Origin: Corallococcus coralloides DSM 2259 | Lineage (GTDB): Bacteria; Myxococcota; Myxococcia; Myxococcales; Myxococcaceae | Direction: 5' to 3' | Assembly (NCBI RefSeq): GCF_000255295.1 | Contig: NC_017030.1 | Location: 6,102,328 to 6,166,327, forward strand | DNA: 64,000 nucleotides | In this document: one piece after another, positions 9,290 through 20,002 of the stretch | Layout of the letters: the number at the start of each line of letters is the position of its first letter | How positions within the stretch are numbered: the stretch's first letter is position 1 | Notes under the pieces: generated by a model | What the model saw: the letters and a program-made list of their open reading frames with translations, nothing else | The model's database searches: none | Told to the model about the DNA's origin: nothing | Program-made: the position numbers and the translations under genes

Positions 9290-9861
9290 GGGATGAAGTC
9301 CTTGCGCGTGAACAGCGTAGTGAGGCGGTGGCCGGCGGCTTCCACGGCCTCGCGTCCGCCCTCCAGCCGGTCCACCAGCGCGAAGGCGCCCAGCACCGTC
9401 AGGCCCTCCAGCTTCGCGCGTTCAATCGCCTTGAGCGTGGACGCGCCCGTCGTGACGACGTCCTCCACGATGGCCACCGGGGCGCCCGGGCCCAGCGCGG
9501 ACAGGCCCTCGATCCACTGGCCGGTGCCGTGGCCCTTGGGCTCCTTGCGCACGATGAACGCGTGCAGGGACTTCTGGCCGCCGCCCTCCAGGAAGCTGGT
9601 CAGGCTCACCGCGGACGCGAGCGGATCCGCGCCCAGCGTCAGACCGCCCGCGGCCACCGCGGACGGAGCGTCGCGCCGGATGGCCTCCAGCAGCAGCCGG
9701 CCGATGAGGTAGTGGCCCTCGGCGAGCAGCGCCGTGCGCTTGCAGTCGATGTAGAAGTCCGACTCCTTGCCGGAGGAGAGCACCACGCGCCTGCGCTCGA
9801 AGGAGCGCTGCGTGAGCACCTCCAGGAGCCGGGCGCGGTCGCGTTCGAGCGTTTCCGCCAT
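9286..9861 (-). CDS. pyrE: Orotate phosphoribosyltransferase
   Basis: PRPP-binding motif VAIVEDVVTTGAS. The length of about 190 aa fits PyrE. Confidence 0.85.
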   Translation of the reverse strand: MAETLERDRARLLEVLTQRSFERRRVVLSSGKESDFYIDCKRTALLAEGHYLIGRLLLEAIRRDAPSAVAAGGLTLGADPLASAVSLTSFLEGGGQKSLHAFIVRKEPKGHGTGQWIEGLSALGPGAPVAIVEDVVTTGASTLKAIERAKLEGLTVLGAFALVDRLEGGREAVEAAGHRLTTLFTRKDFIP

Positions 9862-9864
9862 GGC

Positions 9865-11181
9865 CTACAGACCCTCCAGGTACGCCACCAGCTGCGCCGA
9901 GTAGCGCAGCTGCATCAGCAGCTCCGCCTTGCGGGATTCGTCCAGCGCGGCGAACACGTCCGCGAGCAGCGAGAGGTCCTGGTTGAGGGCGCCCATGCGC
10001 TGCGCGACGTCCACCGCCAGCTCGTCCGCGTCGATTTCTTCCTCGACGCCCTCCGGAGCCAGCGTCTCCTCGGTGGCGAGCGCCTTCTCCAGCATGTCGC
10101 GCACCGGCGCCGTCAGCCGGCCTTCGGCCTCCAGCGACTCGCGCTTGGCCTGCAGCACGTCGTGCTCTACCGGCGAGGCGTGGATGGCCTCCGCCAGGGA
10201 CAGCAGGAGCGCGTCCTCGTCGGACAGCGCCTCGTGCACGCGCACCTGCACCTGGTCGCGCTTGAGGAAGCGCAGCGCTGCCACGCGCCGGAAGCCGCAG
10301 ATGAGCTGGTAGCGCTCTTCGCCGCGCGGGCGCACGTCCACCGGGAACAGCTGCCCCAGTCGCGCCAGGTCCGTGGCCAGCTCGGACACGTCGCCCTCGT
10401 CCCGCAGGCGGAAGGTGGTGTCCTCCTCCAGTCGCTCCAGCGGCAGCACCATCGCCGTCACCTGTCCCATCACGCGCGGCTCGATGGCCTGCGCGAGGGG
10501 CTCCCCTTCCGAAGTCGCCGCGCCGTCGTTGGCGCCCTGTTCCGAACTCTCGCCGGAGCCCGCGTCCTCCTGGCTCGCACGGCTCGCCACGTCCCAGATG
10601 CCGGCGCTCAGGAGCGCGTCGTCCGCGCCCGACACCGGACCGGAGCGCGGCTCCGCCAGCACGTCCTTCGCCTCACCGCCACCGTCGCTGCCCGTGCCGG
10701 AGGCGTCCTGGACGCTCTCGCCCGAGGACAGCTCCACGTAGCGGCCAGGGCCGGCAGAGGCCTCCGCGTCCGCCGGGGTGCGGGTGCCCTCGCCCTGCCC
10801 GGTCTCGCCTGCGCCTTCCGGCCCACCACCGCGCGCGGCTGCTTCGCCTTCACCACCGCGCGCGGCTGCTTCGCCCGACGTCGCGGTGTCCCCGGCGGGA
10901 GCCTCTTCTCCGGCGCGCGCCTCCGGCTCACCGGTGGCTCCGGCGGCCGTGCTGGCCTCGGTCGCGCTCGCGGTGGCCTGCCCACCCTCACCGGGCAGGT
11001 CGGTCTGGGCCCCACCCGCTTCAGCCTGGGGGGCTCCTTCCGGCGTCACGTCTCCACTCGCGCCCTCGCCATGCTTCGGCGCGGACGCGTCGGCCGCTCC
11101 CTCCTGCTGGGACGGCGTCGCGTTCTCCCCAGGTGTGCCCGGCATCCCTTCCTGTCCCTCGGCCCTGTGCTCGGCGTCCAT
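9865..11181 (-). CDS. padC: ParB-like nuclease domain protein, PadC-like bactofilin adaptor
   Basis: Acidic, low-complexity N-terminus followed by a ParB/Srx domain ([26 protein letters not shown]). It sits immediately downstream of three bactofilin genes, as in the M. xanthus bacNOP-padC operon. Confidence 0.7.
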   Translation of the reverse strand: MDAEHRAEGQEGMPGTPGENATPSQQEGAADASAPKHGEGASGDVTPEGAPQAEAGGAQTDLPGEGGQATASATEASTAAGATGEPEARAGEEAPAGDTATSGEAAARGGEGEAAARGGGPEGAGETGQGEGTRTPADAEASAGPGRYVELSSGESVQDASGTGSDGGGEAKDVLAEPRSGPVSGADDALLSAGIWDVASRASQEDAGSGESSEQGANDGAATSEGEPLAQAIEPRVMGQVTAMVLPLERLEEDTTFRLRDEGDVSELATDLARLGQLFPVDVRPRGEERYQLICGFRRVAALRFLKRDQVQVRVHEALSDEDALLLSLAEAIHASPVEHDVLQAKRESLEAEGRLTAPVRDMLEKALATEETLAPEGVEEEIDADELAVDVAQRMGALNQDLSLLADVFAALDESRKAELLMQLRYSAQLVAYLEGL

Positions 11182-11242
11182 GGTGGCACCCCCGGTTGTT
11201 CCACCCCCGCGCCGCCGGAAACGACGGCGCGGCGGGCGGGCT

Positions 11243-11941
11243 CTAACGGGACTTCTTCACCACGACCTTCTTCTTCGCGCCAGCACCCATCACGCGGGGA
11301 ACGGGCGCGCCAGCACTGCTCGCCTGCTCAGTGGCTGCCGGACGCGGCGGCTCCGGAGCCCGGGTCGTGGTGGCGGCGGGCGGCGGAGGCGGCAGCGGCT
11401 TGGCCGACGGACGGGCCACGACGGTGGCCGGCGCCGTCGTCGCGGGCTGTGTGCGCGCGGGAGGCGGGGGCGGCCGCGACGGCGGCGGAGGAGGCATGGG
11501 CCGTGCGGCCGGAATCGCCGGACGCACCGTGGGGCGCGTCACCGCCTGGGGGCGGGCCACGGCGGGGCGCTCGGACGGCAGCCGGCCCGGTTCCACGTCG
11601 CCCATGTCCACGCGGCCGCGGAAGCTGGCCCCGTCCACGATGATGACGCGGGGGGCGCGGATGTCGCCCACCATGCGGCCTTCGCGGGTGAGCTCCACGC
11701 TCTCCGTGGCGTTGATGTTGCCCACCACCACGCCGCTGACGATGGCGTTCTTCACCGCCACGTTGGCCTTCACCACGCCGGACGGCTCCACGATGAGGGT
11801 GCGGCTGAGGGTGAGCTCACCCTCGACGCGCCCGCGGACCGTGAGGTCCTCGTCACCCGTGAGCCGACCGCTGATGAGGATGGAGGGCCCCACCACGGTG
11901 TTGTCGACGGCGTTGCCTGCAAGATCCTTCGCGGTCGCCAC
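11243..11941 (-). CDS. bacP: Bactofilin with a long Pro-rich C-terminal tail (BacP-like)
   Basis: Bactofilin (DUF583) beta-helix repeats are followed by a tail of about 110 aa rich in P/A/T. Confidence 0.8.
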   Translation of the reverse strand: MATAKDLAGNAVDNTVVGPSILISGRLTGDEDLTVRGRVEGELTLSRTLIVEPSGVVKANVAVKNAIVSGVVVGNINATESVELTREGRMVGDIRAPRVIIVDGASFRGRVDMGDVEPGRLPSERPAVARPQAVTRPTVRPAIPAARPMPPPPPSRPPPPPARTQPATTAPATVVARPSAKPLPPPPPAATTTRAPEPPRPAATEQASSAGAPVPRVMGAGAKKKVVVKKSR

Positions 11942-11944
11942 GGA

Positions 11945-12268
11945 TCAGCGCTCCTTCATGTCCATGTCGACGTTGCCCTTGAAGGAGGCACCGTCGGCGA
12001 TGAGGATGCGCGGGGCCTTGATGTCGCCCACCACGCGGCAGTCCGTCTTCAGCTCGACCTTGTCGGTGGCGGCGATGTTGCCCGTCACTCGGCCGGCGAT
12101 CTCCACGTTCTGCGTCTCGATGTCCGCCTCGACGACGCCCGAGCCCTCCACGTAGAGGCTCTCCTTGAGGGAGATCTTCCCCTTCACGGTGCCCTGGATG
12201 ACCAGGTCCTCGTCCCCGGAGATCTCCCCGTCGATGACGATGCTCGAGCCAATGATCGTATTCGCCAT
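11945..12268 (-). CDS. bacO: Bactofilin (BacO-like)
   Basis: A 107-aa bactofilin domain, e.g. ...GDIKAPRILIADGASFKGNVDMD. Confidence 0.8.
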   Translation of the reverse strand: MANTIIGSSIVIDGEISGDEDLVIQGTVKGKISLKESLYVEGSGVVEADIETQNVEIAGRVTGNIAATDKVELKTDCRVVGDIKAPRILIADGASFKGNVDMDMKER

Positions 12269-12330
12269 GAGTGTGTCCGCCTTCTCGAAGCTGTGCGCCT
12301 GGGGGGCCGTGGGTCGGTCCCCGGTGGATG

Positions 12331-12672
12331 CTAGATGTCGTCCGGCAACTTCACGTCCATCTCGATGGAGCCGTTGAACACGGCGCCGTCCTCGATGATG
12401 ACCCGCGGGGCCTTGATGTCGCCCGCGACCTTCGCCGAGGCGTTGATGGCCACTCGCGTGGAGGCGTCGATGTTGCCGCTCGCCTCGCCGTTGATGGTCA
12501 GTTCCTCGGCGCGGATGTCCGCCTGCACCTTGCCGGTGCCTTCGATGGTGAGGTGGTTCTTCAGGGCGATCTGCCCCTCCACACGCCCTTCGATGACCAG
12601 GTCCCCTCCGCCCGTGAGGTTGCCCCTGATGACGATGCCCTTGCCAATGATGCCCGTTTCACCCTGTGCCAT
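12331..12672 (-). CDS. bacN: Bactofilin (BacN-like)
   Basis: A 113-aa bactofilin domain, e.g. ...GDIKAPRVIIEDGAVFNGSIEMD. Confidence 0.8.
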   Translation of the reverse strand: MAQGETGIIGKGIVIRGNLTGGGDLVIEGRVEGQIALKNHLTIEGTGKVQADIRAEELTINGEASGNIDASTRVAINASAKVAGDIKAPRVIIEDGAVFNGSIEMDVKLPDDI

Positions 12673-12725
12673 GAGGTGATCCTCGCCAGCGCCTGCTCCA
12701 GTGGGAGCGGGGCGACCTGATTATG

Positions 12726-13562
12726 TCAGAGATGCGCGGAGATCCAGCCGGAGATGTCCTGGAACACCGTCGCGCGGTCCCGCTCGTTGAGCGGCTCGTG
12801 CCGCATGCCGGGGTACTCCTTGAACTTCTTGTCCGCCGTCCCCGCCGCCTCGAAGAAGGACCGCGCCGCCGCCGGCAGCGCCACCCCGTCCTCCTGGCCG
12901 CACAGCACGAACAGCGGCACTTGAATCTTCGGCGCCAGCGCGAGCGTCTGGGCCTGGGCCGCCGTGGACTCCACGAACCAGCGGGGCGTGGCGAAGGGGA
13001 CGTACAGCGGGTCCGCCCCGACCGCCTTCTGGATGTCCGGGTCGGTGCTGAGCATGTCCGGCGCCAGGCCCGAGGGGACCTTCATCCACGGCACCAGGGT
13101 GCCCACCATGCGCGCGGCGAGCACCTTCGCGGCCGGCGGGGTGATGGCCAGCTTGAGGTAGGGCGCGGAGAGGATGGCGCCAGAGAGGCCCTCCAGCCTC
13201 CCGGCCAGGGCGTGCGCGGCCATCAGGCCGCCGTGGCTGTGGGCGAGCAGGAAGATCTTCTCGTTGCCCGCGGCCTTGCGCACGCGCTGCCAGAAGCCGT
13301 CCAGGTCGTCGAGGAACTCCGTCCACTTCGCGGCGTAGGCGCGCCGGCCGTCCGCGCGGCCGTGGCCCCGGTAGTCGAAGCCGTGCACGGCGAAGCCGTC
13401 CTGCACCAGCGCGTCGATGACGGGGCGGTAGCGGCCGATGTGGTCGCCGTAGCCGTGGACGATGGCGACGTGCGCGCGGGGAGCCGCGTCCGGCAGGTCG
13501 AGCGTCCAGAACAGCCGGGTGTTGTCCTTCCCGGTGAAGAAGCCTTCGTCGTGGCGGGCCAT
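12726..13562 (-). CDS. Alpha/beta hydrolase (lysophospholipase/monoacylglycerol lipase-like)
   Basis: HGYGDH lid-side motif and nucleophile elbow AHSHGG. Confidence 0.75.
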   Translation of the reverse strand: MARHDEGFFTGKDNTRLFWTLDLPDAAPRAHVAIVHGYGDHIGRYRPVIDALVQDGFAVHGFDYRGHGRADGRRAYAAKWTEFLDDLDGFWQRVRKAAGNEKIFLLAHSHGGLMAAHALAGRLEGLSGAILSAPYLKLAITPPAAKVLAARMVGTLVPWMKVPSGLAPDMLSTDPDIQKAVGADPLYVPFATPRWFVESTAAQAQTLALAPKIQVPLFVLCGQEDGVALPAAARSFFEAAGTADKKFKEYPGMRHEPLNERDRATVFQDISGWISAHL

Positions 13563-13574
13563 GAGCCCGGGACC

Positions 13575-15425
13575 TTAGCGGCCCGGCGCGGTCGAGGGTA
13601 GCGCCTTCAACTTGCGCTCCAGGGTGGTGCGCTGGTCGGCGGGCTCGGCGGCCTCCGGCTCCAGCGTCAGCACCTCCAGCGTGTGCTTCCAGGTCCGGAC
13701 GGCCTCCGGGGCTCGGCCCGCCTTGAGGTACGCGTCCCCCAGGTGCTCCAGGATGGCGGGGTCGTCCGGGGACAGCTCCACCGCGCGCTCCAGGACCTCC
13801 ACGGCTTTCTTCGCGTCGCCGCGCTGGAAGAGCACCCACCCCAGCGAATCCACGTAGGCCCCGTTGTCCGGCCGGAGCGCCAGCGCGCGGCGCACCAGCC
13901 GCTCCGCCTCGTCCAGGTCCCGGCCCCGCTGCGCCATCACGTAGCCCATGAAGTTCAGCGCGGCGGAGTGGTCCGGCTTCAGCGCGAGCACCGCCCGCAT
14001 GCGCGACAGCGCCCCCGGCACGTCGCCCTGGCGCTCCAGCAGCGTGGCCAGGGCGAACTGCAGGTCCTGGTTCCTCGGCGCCTTCGCGACGGCGTCCCTC
14101 AAGAGCGCGAGCGCCTCCGGAGCCCGGCCCTGGCGCTCCAGCAGCGTGGCCAGCGCGTCGTACGCCAGCACCCCGCCCTCCCCCGCCAGCGCCTCGCGCA
14201 GCATGCCCTCCGCCCTCGCCGCGTCCCCGCCGCGCTCCAGCGCCCGGGCGTAGCCGATGCGCACCTCCACGTCGTCGGGCGCTTCCGCCATGGCCGCGCG
14301 GTAGAGCGCCAGCGCGCGCGGGTGGTCTCCCGCCAGGGACAGGCAGCGGGCCTGGCGCACGCGGGCATCGGGGAACACCTCCGAGTCCGGGGGCACGCCC
14401 GCGAAGTCCGCGGCGGCGACGGAGAAGCGGCGGGTGCGCTCCGCGACGAGGCCGGCGTAGTACGCGAGGCGGGGCTCGTCCGGCGCGTCCTTGCGCGCGG
14501 CGTCCAGCACCTCCTTCGCGGCAGTCGGCACTCCGGAGGCCAGGTAGCTGAAGGCCACGCGCACGGCCAGTTCAGGCGACGCGGAGAGCGACAGCAGTCG
14601 GTCGAAGTACGCCCGCGCCCGGGTCACCGACCCGCCCTTCAGCGCGGCACGGCCCGCGGACAGCAGCACCTCTCGGCTGTCTGGATCCGCCTCCAGCGCG
14701 CGGGCCAGCGCGTCCTCCGCCTCCTTCGGCCGGCCGGAGTTCTCGTAGAGCCGGGCCAGCGTGGACCACACCTCCACATCGCCCGGGTCGCGCTCGGAGG
14801 CCTTCGCGAGCAGGCGCTCGGCGCGGGTCGCGTCGCCGCGCTCGGCCAGGACGAGCCCCAGCCGCCGGTAGCCGGAGGCCTCTCCCGGCAGCGCGTGGGC
14901 CAGCGACTCCACCACCTTCACCGCCTCGTCGGGGTCCTTCGCGTCCAGGTACAGCTGCGACAGGACGAGGTACGCCTCCGGCTCGCGAGGACGCAGGGCC
15001 ACCGCGCGGCGCAGGTGCTGCTTCGCGCGTGCCGTGCGGCCGGACTCCAGCAACACCCGGCCCAGGAGCACGTGGGCGGCGTAGTGCGTGGGGGCCTTCT
15101 CCACGGCCCGGCGCAGCTCACGCTCGGCGCGCGCCAGGTCGCCCAGCCGCGCGTACTCCTCGCCCAACTGGGTGAGCAGGGTCGGGTTGCCGTCGTCGGT
15201 GGCGAGCGCCAGCCGCAGCTCGTCCACCGAGGCCCGGTGATTGCCCTCCAGGTGCATCAGCCGCGCCTGGAGGTAGTGCGCGTAGCTGGCGGACGACGCG
15301 GACGGCTCGTCGTCGCGGCTGCTCGCGTCCATGGCCTCGCGCATCGCCTCGCGGTCGACGTGCGGGGCCGGGGCCTTCCTCGCGGGCGCGGCCCCCGAAC
15401 CTCCGGCGGCCAGCGCGAGGCACAT
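13575..15425 (-). CDS. TPR-repeat protein, secreted
   Basis: More than 10 TPR repeats. The internal start MCLALAAGG gives a signal peptide. Confidence 0.7.
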   Translation of the reverse strand: MCLALAAGGSGAAPARKAPAPHVDREAMREAMDASSRDDEPSASSASYAHYLQARLMHLEGNHRASVDELRLALATDDGNPTLLTQLGEEYARLGDLARAERELRRAVEKAPTHYAAHVLLGRVLLESGRTARAKQHLRRAVALRPREPEAYLVLSQLYLDAKDPDEAVKVVESLAHALPGEASGYRRLGLVLAERGDATRAERLLAKASERDPGDVEVWSTLARLYENSGRPKEAEDALARALEADPDSREVLLSAGRAALKGGSVTRARAYFDRLLSLSASPELAVRVAFSYLASGVPTAAKEVLDAARKDAPDEPRLAYYAGLVAERTRRFSVAAADFAGVPPDSEVFPDARVRQARCLSLAGDHPRALALYRAAMAEAPDDVEVRIGYARALERGGDAARAEGMLREALAGEGGVLAYDALATLLERQGRAPEALALLRDAVAKAPRNQDLQFALATLLERQGDVPGALSRMRAVLALKPDHSAALNFMGYVMAQRGRDLDEAERLVRRALALRPDNGAYVDSLGWVLFQRGDAKKAVEVLERAVELSPDDPAILEHLGDAYLKAGRAPEAVRTWKHTLEVLTLEPEAAEPADQRTTLERKLKALPSTAPGR

Positions 15426-15466
15426 CACGGCGGCACGGCTGAGGAGCGGGAGCGGGCGCACGCGGG

Positions 15467-17980
15467 CTAGTGGACCTCGGGCGGGGGTGCCCCCAGCTTC
15501 TCCAGCAGCTTCTCCACCGGATCGCTGTCCTGGCTGACGTCCGCCATGGCGGCCCGGTACTCGATGGAGGTCACCTGCTCCACGTCCGGCATCAGGCGGT
15601 TGATGACCGTGCGCGCCGCGTCCGCGTTGCACTCGGGCAGCACCACCGCGAAGACGCCCAGCCCCAGGTGGGCGATGGAGTCCGGGTGGCGCACGCGCTT
15701 GCGCATCACCTCCGCCATGTTGGACGGCATCACCTCCAGCTCGCGGTCCGGACGCAGCACCGCCAGCGTGAGGGCGCGGTGGTAGCGCCGGCTGCGGGCC
15801 ACCTCCTGCTCCAGGCGCAGGAGCAGGCCGCGGCGGTCGAGCAGGCCCGTCACGGGGTCGCTGCCAGTGCGGCGCTGGAGCGAGTTCGTCTTGTCCTGCT
15901 GATCCTTGTCACCCTGGCGCAGCTTGAGCGCGCGCTCGGTGCGGTTGAGCAGCTCCACCGCGTTGAAGGGCTTGGCCATGTAGTCCACCGCGCCCAGGTT
16001 GAGCGCGCGGACCTTGTCGGCCACGCCCTGGTGGGCGGACAGGAGGATGACGGGGATGTGCGCCGTGTCCGACGAGGACTTGAGCGCCATGGCCGCGTCC
16101 AGGCCGTCCAGCTTGGGCAGGAACACGTCCATCACCACCAGGTCCGGCCGTGACGCTCGCGCCTTCGCCAGGCCCTCCGCGCCGTCGCGCGCCACCTCCA
16201 CGCGGTACTTCGAGCGCAGCACCTCCGACAGCACCGCCGCGATCTCCGGCTCGTCCTCCACCACCAGCACGCGCGGCTGCTCGGGCGCGGCGCCGGGCGC
16301 GGGCTGCGGCCGGGGGTTGCGCGCGGCCTCCTGCGCCAGGGGCAGCGTGAAGACGAAGGTGCAGCCGCCGTCGGCCGGGCTCTCCGCCCAGATTTCACCG
16401 CCGTGCAGCTCCACGAACTCCTTGCAGATGGCCAGCCCCAGCCCCGTGCCCTTGGGCCCGTGGCGGTAGCGGTCGAAGACGAGGTGCAGTTCGTCCGGCG
16501 GGATGCCCACGCCGTTGTCGCTGACCATCACGCGAACCGCGTCGCCGTCCGGCCGAGACAGCCGCTGCGTGCGCACCACCACCACGCCCGGATCGCTGGC
16601 GTGCTGGATGGCGTTGCTGATGAGGTTCTGCAGCACCTCGTGCAGCTTCACCTCGTCGCCAATCAGCATCAGGCTGTCGGGGCACTCGGAGCGCAGCGAC
16701 ACGGCCTTCTCCGCCGCGAGGATCTCCAGCTCCGCCACGGCGTCGCGGCACAGCTGCGCCACGTCCAGCACGCGGGGCTCGATGGAGAGGCGCGCCGCCT
16801 CGCCCTTGCCCTTCTCCAGCAGGGACTCGACCAGGGTGAGGATCTTCCGGCCCTGGCGGATCATCGCCTCCGCGGACTGCTTCTGCTGCGCCTCCAGCGG
16901 CCCTTCCAGCAGCAGCCGGCCGTGTCCCAGGAGCACCTGGAGCGGCGCGCGCAGGTCGTGGCTGCACACCGCGATGATCTCATCCTTGAGGCGGTTGAGC
17001 TCCTTCAGGCGGCGGTTCGCGTCGTTGAGCTCGCGGTAGCGCTCCACGTACGCCAGCTCCAGGTCCTCGCGCTTCTTCTTCACCGCCGTGTGCAGGCGCG
17101 CGTTGCGGATGGAGTTGGCGAGCACGCCCGCCACGGCCTCCGCGAACTCCTGCTCGTCGCGCCCGATGGACGCCTCGCCCTTGGACACGCGCAGGAAGAG
17201 CGCGCCCAGGAGGTCGTCCTGGCAGATGAGCGGCTGCACCAGGATGGACTTCACCCCCTGCGGCAACAGCGACGTGCGCACCTCCGCCATCAGCGGGTCG
17301 CGCTGCGCTTCTTCAATCAGGACGGGCTGCCGCGTCTCCAGCGCGCGGCGCAGCTCCGGGTAGCGAGCCACCTCGATGTCCAGCTGGACGAGGCTGGGGT
17401 CCTCCTGCGTCGCGACGACCGTGGCCGTGCGCGCGTGGCTGCCCTCCACCAGCACCACGGAGCAGCGGTCCGTGCCCGTCACCTGGCCGACCTTCTCCAC
17501 CGCGATGCGGAGGATCTCCTCCAGCTCCAGCGAGCTGGTGGCCGCCTGGGTGATTTCGAGCAGCATCCCCATGCGCATCCGGATGCGCTCCTCGCGCTCC
17601 TTGAGCCTCCAGGCGCGCAGGGCGGACTCCAGCCGGGGCACCAGCTCATCCGCGCCGCGCACGAAGTCGTCCACCGCCAGCCGCTTGAAGGCCTCCGCCG
17701 AGCGCGCGCGGCCCTGATCCACCAGCACCGGCAGGCGCTGGAGCTTGTCCGTCTTGCGCACCGTCTCCAGCAGCTCCGCCGCCCGCTTGGCCGTCACGGC
17801 CAGGAGCACCACCTCCGGCTGGAGCTGATCCACCATCTCCGCCAGCCCGGTCTCCCGTTCCGTGGAGGCGCACTGGTAGCCACTCGCCGTGAGCCGCTCC
17901 ACCAGCGCGTCACCCGCGGCCTTCGCCGCGAGCACCAGCACCCGCCCCCGCTGCTCAGACGACAACATCTCGATCCTCAC
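15467..17980 (-). CDS. sgmT: Hybrid sensor histidine kinase with GAF, HisKA, HATPase, a receiver and a C-terminal degenerate GGDEF domain (SgmT-like c-di-GMP receptor kinase)
   Basis: H-box AVCSHDLRAPL, N/G boxes of the HATPase domain, a receiver with D in VVMDVFLP, and a GGDEF-like domain. In that domain the RYGGEEF motif is replaced by HLGLGVF, while an RxxD I-site (RHPD) is retained. Synteny position matches the recalled MXAN_4640. Confidence 0.75.
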   Translation of the reverse strand: MRIEMLSSEQRGRVLVLAAKAAGDALVERLTASGYQCASTERETGLAEMVDQLQPEVVLLAVTAKRAAELLETVRKTDKLQRLPVLVDQGRARSAEAFKRLAVDDFVRGADELVPRLESALRAWRLKEREERIRMRMGMLLEITQAATSSLELEEILRIAVEKVGQVTGTDRCSVVLVEGSHARTATVVATQEDPSLVQLDIEVARYPELRRALETRQPVLIEEAQRDPLMAEVRTSLLPQGVKSILVQPLICQDDLLGALFLRVSKGEASIGRDEQEFAEAVAGVLANSIRNARLHTAVKKKREDLELAYVERYRELNDANRRLKELNRLKDEIIAVCSHDLRAPLQVLLGHGRLLLEGPLEAQQKQSAEAMIRQGRKILTLVESLLEKGKGEAARLSIEPRVLDVAQLCRDAVAELEILAAEKAVSLRSECPDSLMLIGDEVKLHEVLQNLISNAIQHASDPGVVVVRTQRLSRPDGDAVRVMVSDNGVGIPPDELHLVFDRYRHGPKGTGLGLAICKEFVELHGGEIWAESPADGGCTFVFTLPLAQEAARNPRPQPAPGAAPEQPRVLVVEDEPEIAAVLSEVLRSKYRVEVARDGAEGLAKARASRPDLVVMDVFLPKLDGLDAAMALKSSSDTAHIPVILLSAHQGVADKVRALNLGAVDYMAKPFNAVELLNRTERALKLRQGDKDQQDKTNSLQRRTGSDPVTGLLDRRGLLLRLEQEVARSRRYHRALTLAVLRPDRELEVMPSNMAEVMRKRVRHPDSIAHLGLGVFAVVLPECNADAARTVINRLMPDVEQVTSIEYRAAMADVSQDSDPVEKLLEKLGAPPPEVH

Positions 17981-18421
17981 GGCGCGCCTCCGCCCCGCCC
18001 AGACAGGGAACGACGTCGCGGAAACCCGTTGGGTGCGAAAGGGGTCATGGTCGATTCCGGATCATGCCGTCTAACCCGTCCGCGGGCCAGCGGATGAACG
18101 GGGCTCTCCTCAAGAGAGAGGGGTGGGAAAAGGCGCGCGACGTATACCCCGGACCGGTGTTCTTCCTCCGGAATCCCGCACGCGCGTGACGGTCCGATGA
18201 CCGGAAACCGCTCGCCCACCCTTTGTAGCGGTGGAATCCCACGAAAACAGTCTGGCTGTCACTTTCTTCCAATACCACCCTTGCCGGTTGACCGGAGGCA
18301 GGGCGGGCGGGCAGGCGCCGGCAGGGGATTTTCAGGGGTTTTCGCGATCAGGCTTCCGGCGGAAGGGCCCTGGGACGTGGCCCCGCCCGCTTCCCAAGGG
18401 AGCGCGGTAGAGTGCGAAACC

Positions 18422-19993
18422 ATGCACTCCGTCCCTTCGCGCCCGTTCGCGCCGCGGGCCCTCCTGGCCTCGCTGACCCTCTGTGCTTCCGTGTTCGCCG
18501 CCTGTGGTGGCGAGAAGCCGGCTCCCACTCCGGACCCGCCGACGGTGACGCTCACCGTGCCGCAGCCCAACACGGCGGCGCCGTCGCTGACGGTGCGGGT
18601 CATCGTGTCCGGGTGTGACGCAGTGTCTCGGGTGGACATCTACGACCGGGACACGTTCCTGAAGTCCGTGCCCTACACCAGCGGGTCCATGGACTTCGAA
18701 CTGGCCCCGAACGAGATCAAGTACGACCGCGGGCTCGCCGTGAACCTGTCGCTCAACGCGCGGGCGACGTGCGCGGACGGCCGGACGAACTCGTCCCAGC
18801 CTCAGCCGGCCACGTTCCTGCCGGTGAAGAAGGTCATCAAGGATCCGGACCCCAATGGCCAGGTGGTGACGGACTTCTTCACCGCCGAGGGCAGCGGCGA
18901 CACCGCCGCCTTCATCGGGTGCGGCAACACCACGACCGGCACCGGCACGCTCTACCGCGTGGACTCGACGGGCGTGGTGAGAAACACCCTGGAGATGCAG
19001 ATCCCCTGCAGCGCGTCCACGGTCGTCACCGAACTGCATCCGACCACCAACAAGCGCTGGGTGTGGACCCCGGGCGTCGGCGCGATCGCCGTGGACTCGA
19101 ACTTCGTCGTCACGGGCAAGACGGCGCCGTCCTACAAACTGCTGAACCTGTCCGTCATGAGCAACGGCGACGCGCTCGTGAGTGACGGTCCTTCCGTGTC
19201 GCGGCTCCAGCACACGGCGTCGGGCGGCACCTTCCAGTGGACCTACAAGGGATTGTGGGCGCCCGTGGGGCCGGCGAAGCAGCGGGCCGAGCAGGTCCTC
19301 ATTCCCATCGTGCGCGTGCCCCAGGAGTCGACCGGGCTCCTGGTGGAGCTGGTGGTGGTCACGGTCGACGCGACCAAGACGGGGGACAATCCCGCGGTCA
19401 GTGAGCGCACCATCCTGCAGTTCACGGGCGCGGTGGAGCATCCCCCGCTTACTGCGTTCAACCTCGACGGCTCGGTCATCTACATCTCCTTCCCCTTCAA
19501 CAACAACCAGGCGCGCGTGCAGGCGTGCCTGACCTCACAGAACGGCTGCGAGGGCGCGGCGCACAAGTGGGATTCGCCCTTCTTCCCCGTGGAGATCCAG
19601 GGCGTGTTCCCCTATGCGGCGGGCTCGCGGTTGGCCATCGTGGGCCTGCAGCGCGTCTGGTTCCTGGACAGCAACACCGGCCTCGTCGTCAACAAGGGCG
19701 GCACCTCCGTGGATGCGTCCGGCCAGCTGCAGATCCTCCAGGTCCAGATGGGCCGCGCCACGACCTCCGAGTTCTACATCCTGGCCGGCCCGGCCCCGGG
19801 TTCCTCCGGCCTGCCCACCATGCCCCAGGAGATCGTCGCGGTGGACTCCGCCGAACAGGGCGAGCTGTTCCGCTACGAGGTCTCCAGCAGCCTGTCCTGC
19901 TCCGTGGATGACGGCGGGCGGCTGTGGATGCGCCTGGGCAACAACCTGGTCCAGGCGCTGACGCTGCCCGAATACCGCGCCGTCAGGAAGTGA
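18422..19993 (+). CDS. Secreted lipoprotein of unknown function
   Basis: Signal peptide with lipobox (LCASVFAACGG) at an internal ATG of the ORF 18197..19993. The protein is beta-rich with no known motif. Confidence 0.6.
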   Translation: MHSVPSRPFAPRALLASLTLCASVFAACGGEKPAPTPDPPTVTLTVPQPNTAAPSLTVRVIVSGCDAVSRVDIYDRDTFLKSVPYTSGSMDFELAPNEIKYDRGLAVNLSLNARATCADGRTNSSQPQPATFLPVKKVIKDPDPNGQVVTDFFTAEGSGDTAAFIGCGNTTTGTGTLYRVDSTGVVRNTLEMQIPCSASTVVTELHPTTNKRWVWTPGVGAIAVDSNFVVTGKTAPSYKLLNLSVMSNGDALVSDGPSVSRLQHTASGGTFQWTYKGLWAPVGPAKQRAEQVLIPIVRVPQESTGLLVELVVVTVDATKTGDNPAVSERTILQFTGAVEHPPLTAFNLDGSVIYISFPFNNNQARVQACLTSQNGCEGAAHKWDSPFFPVEIQGVFPYAAGSRLAIVGLQRVWFLDSNTGLVVNKGGTSVDASGQLQILQVQMGRATTSEFYILAGPAPGSSGLPTMPQEIVAVDSAEQGELFRYEVSSSLSCSVDDGGRLWMRLGNNLVQALTLPEYRAVRK

Positions 19994-20002
19994 CGGCGGC
20001 CC

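Noticed and set aside
11207-11236. Apparent GC hairpin between bacP and padC
   Set aside because: On base-by-base checking the two arms are direct GC-rich repeats rather than complementary, so no clean stem forms.
17977-18278. Small minus-strand ORFs (80 and 77 aa) in the 441-nt intergenic region between the SgmT-like kinase and the lipoprotein gene
   Set aside because: There is no motif, signal peptide or RBS support. The composition fits a non-coding divergent promoter region.
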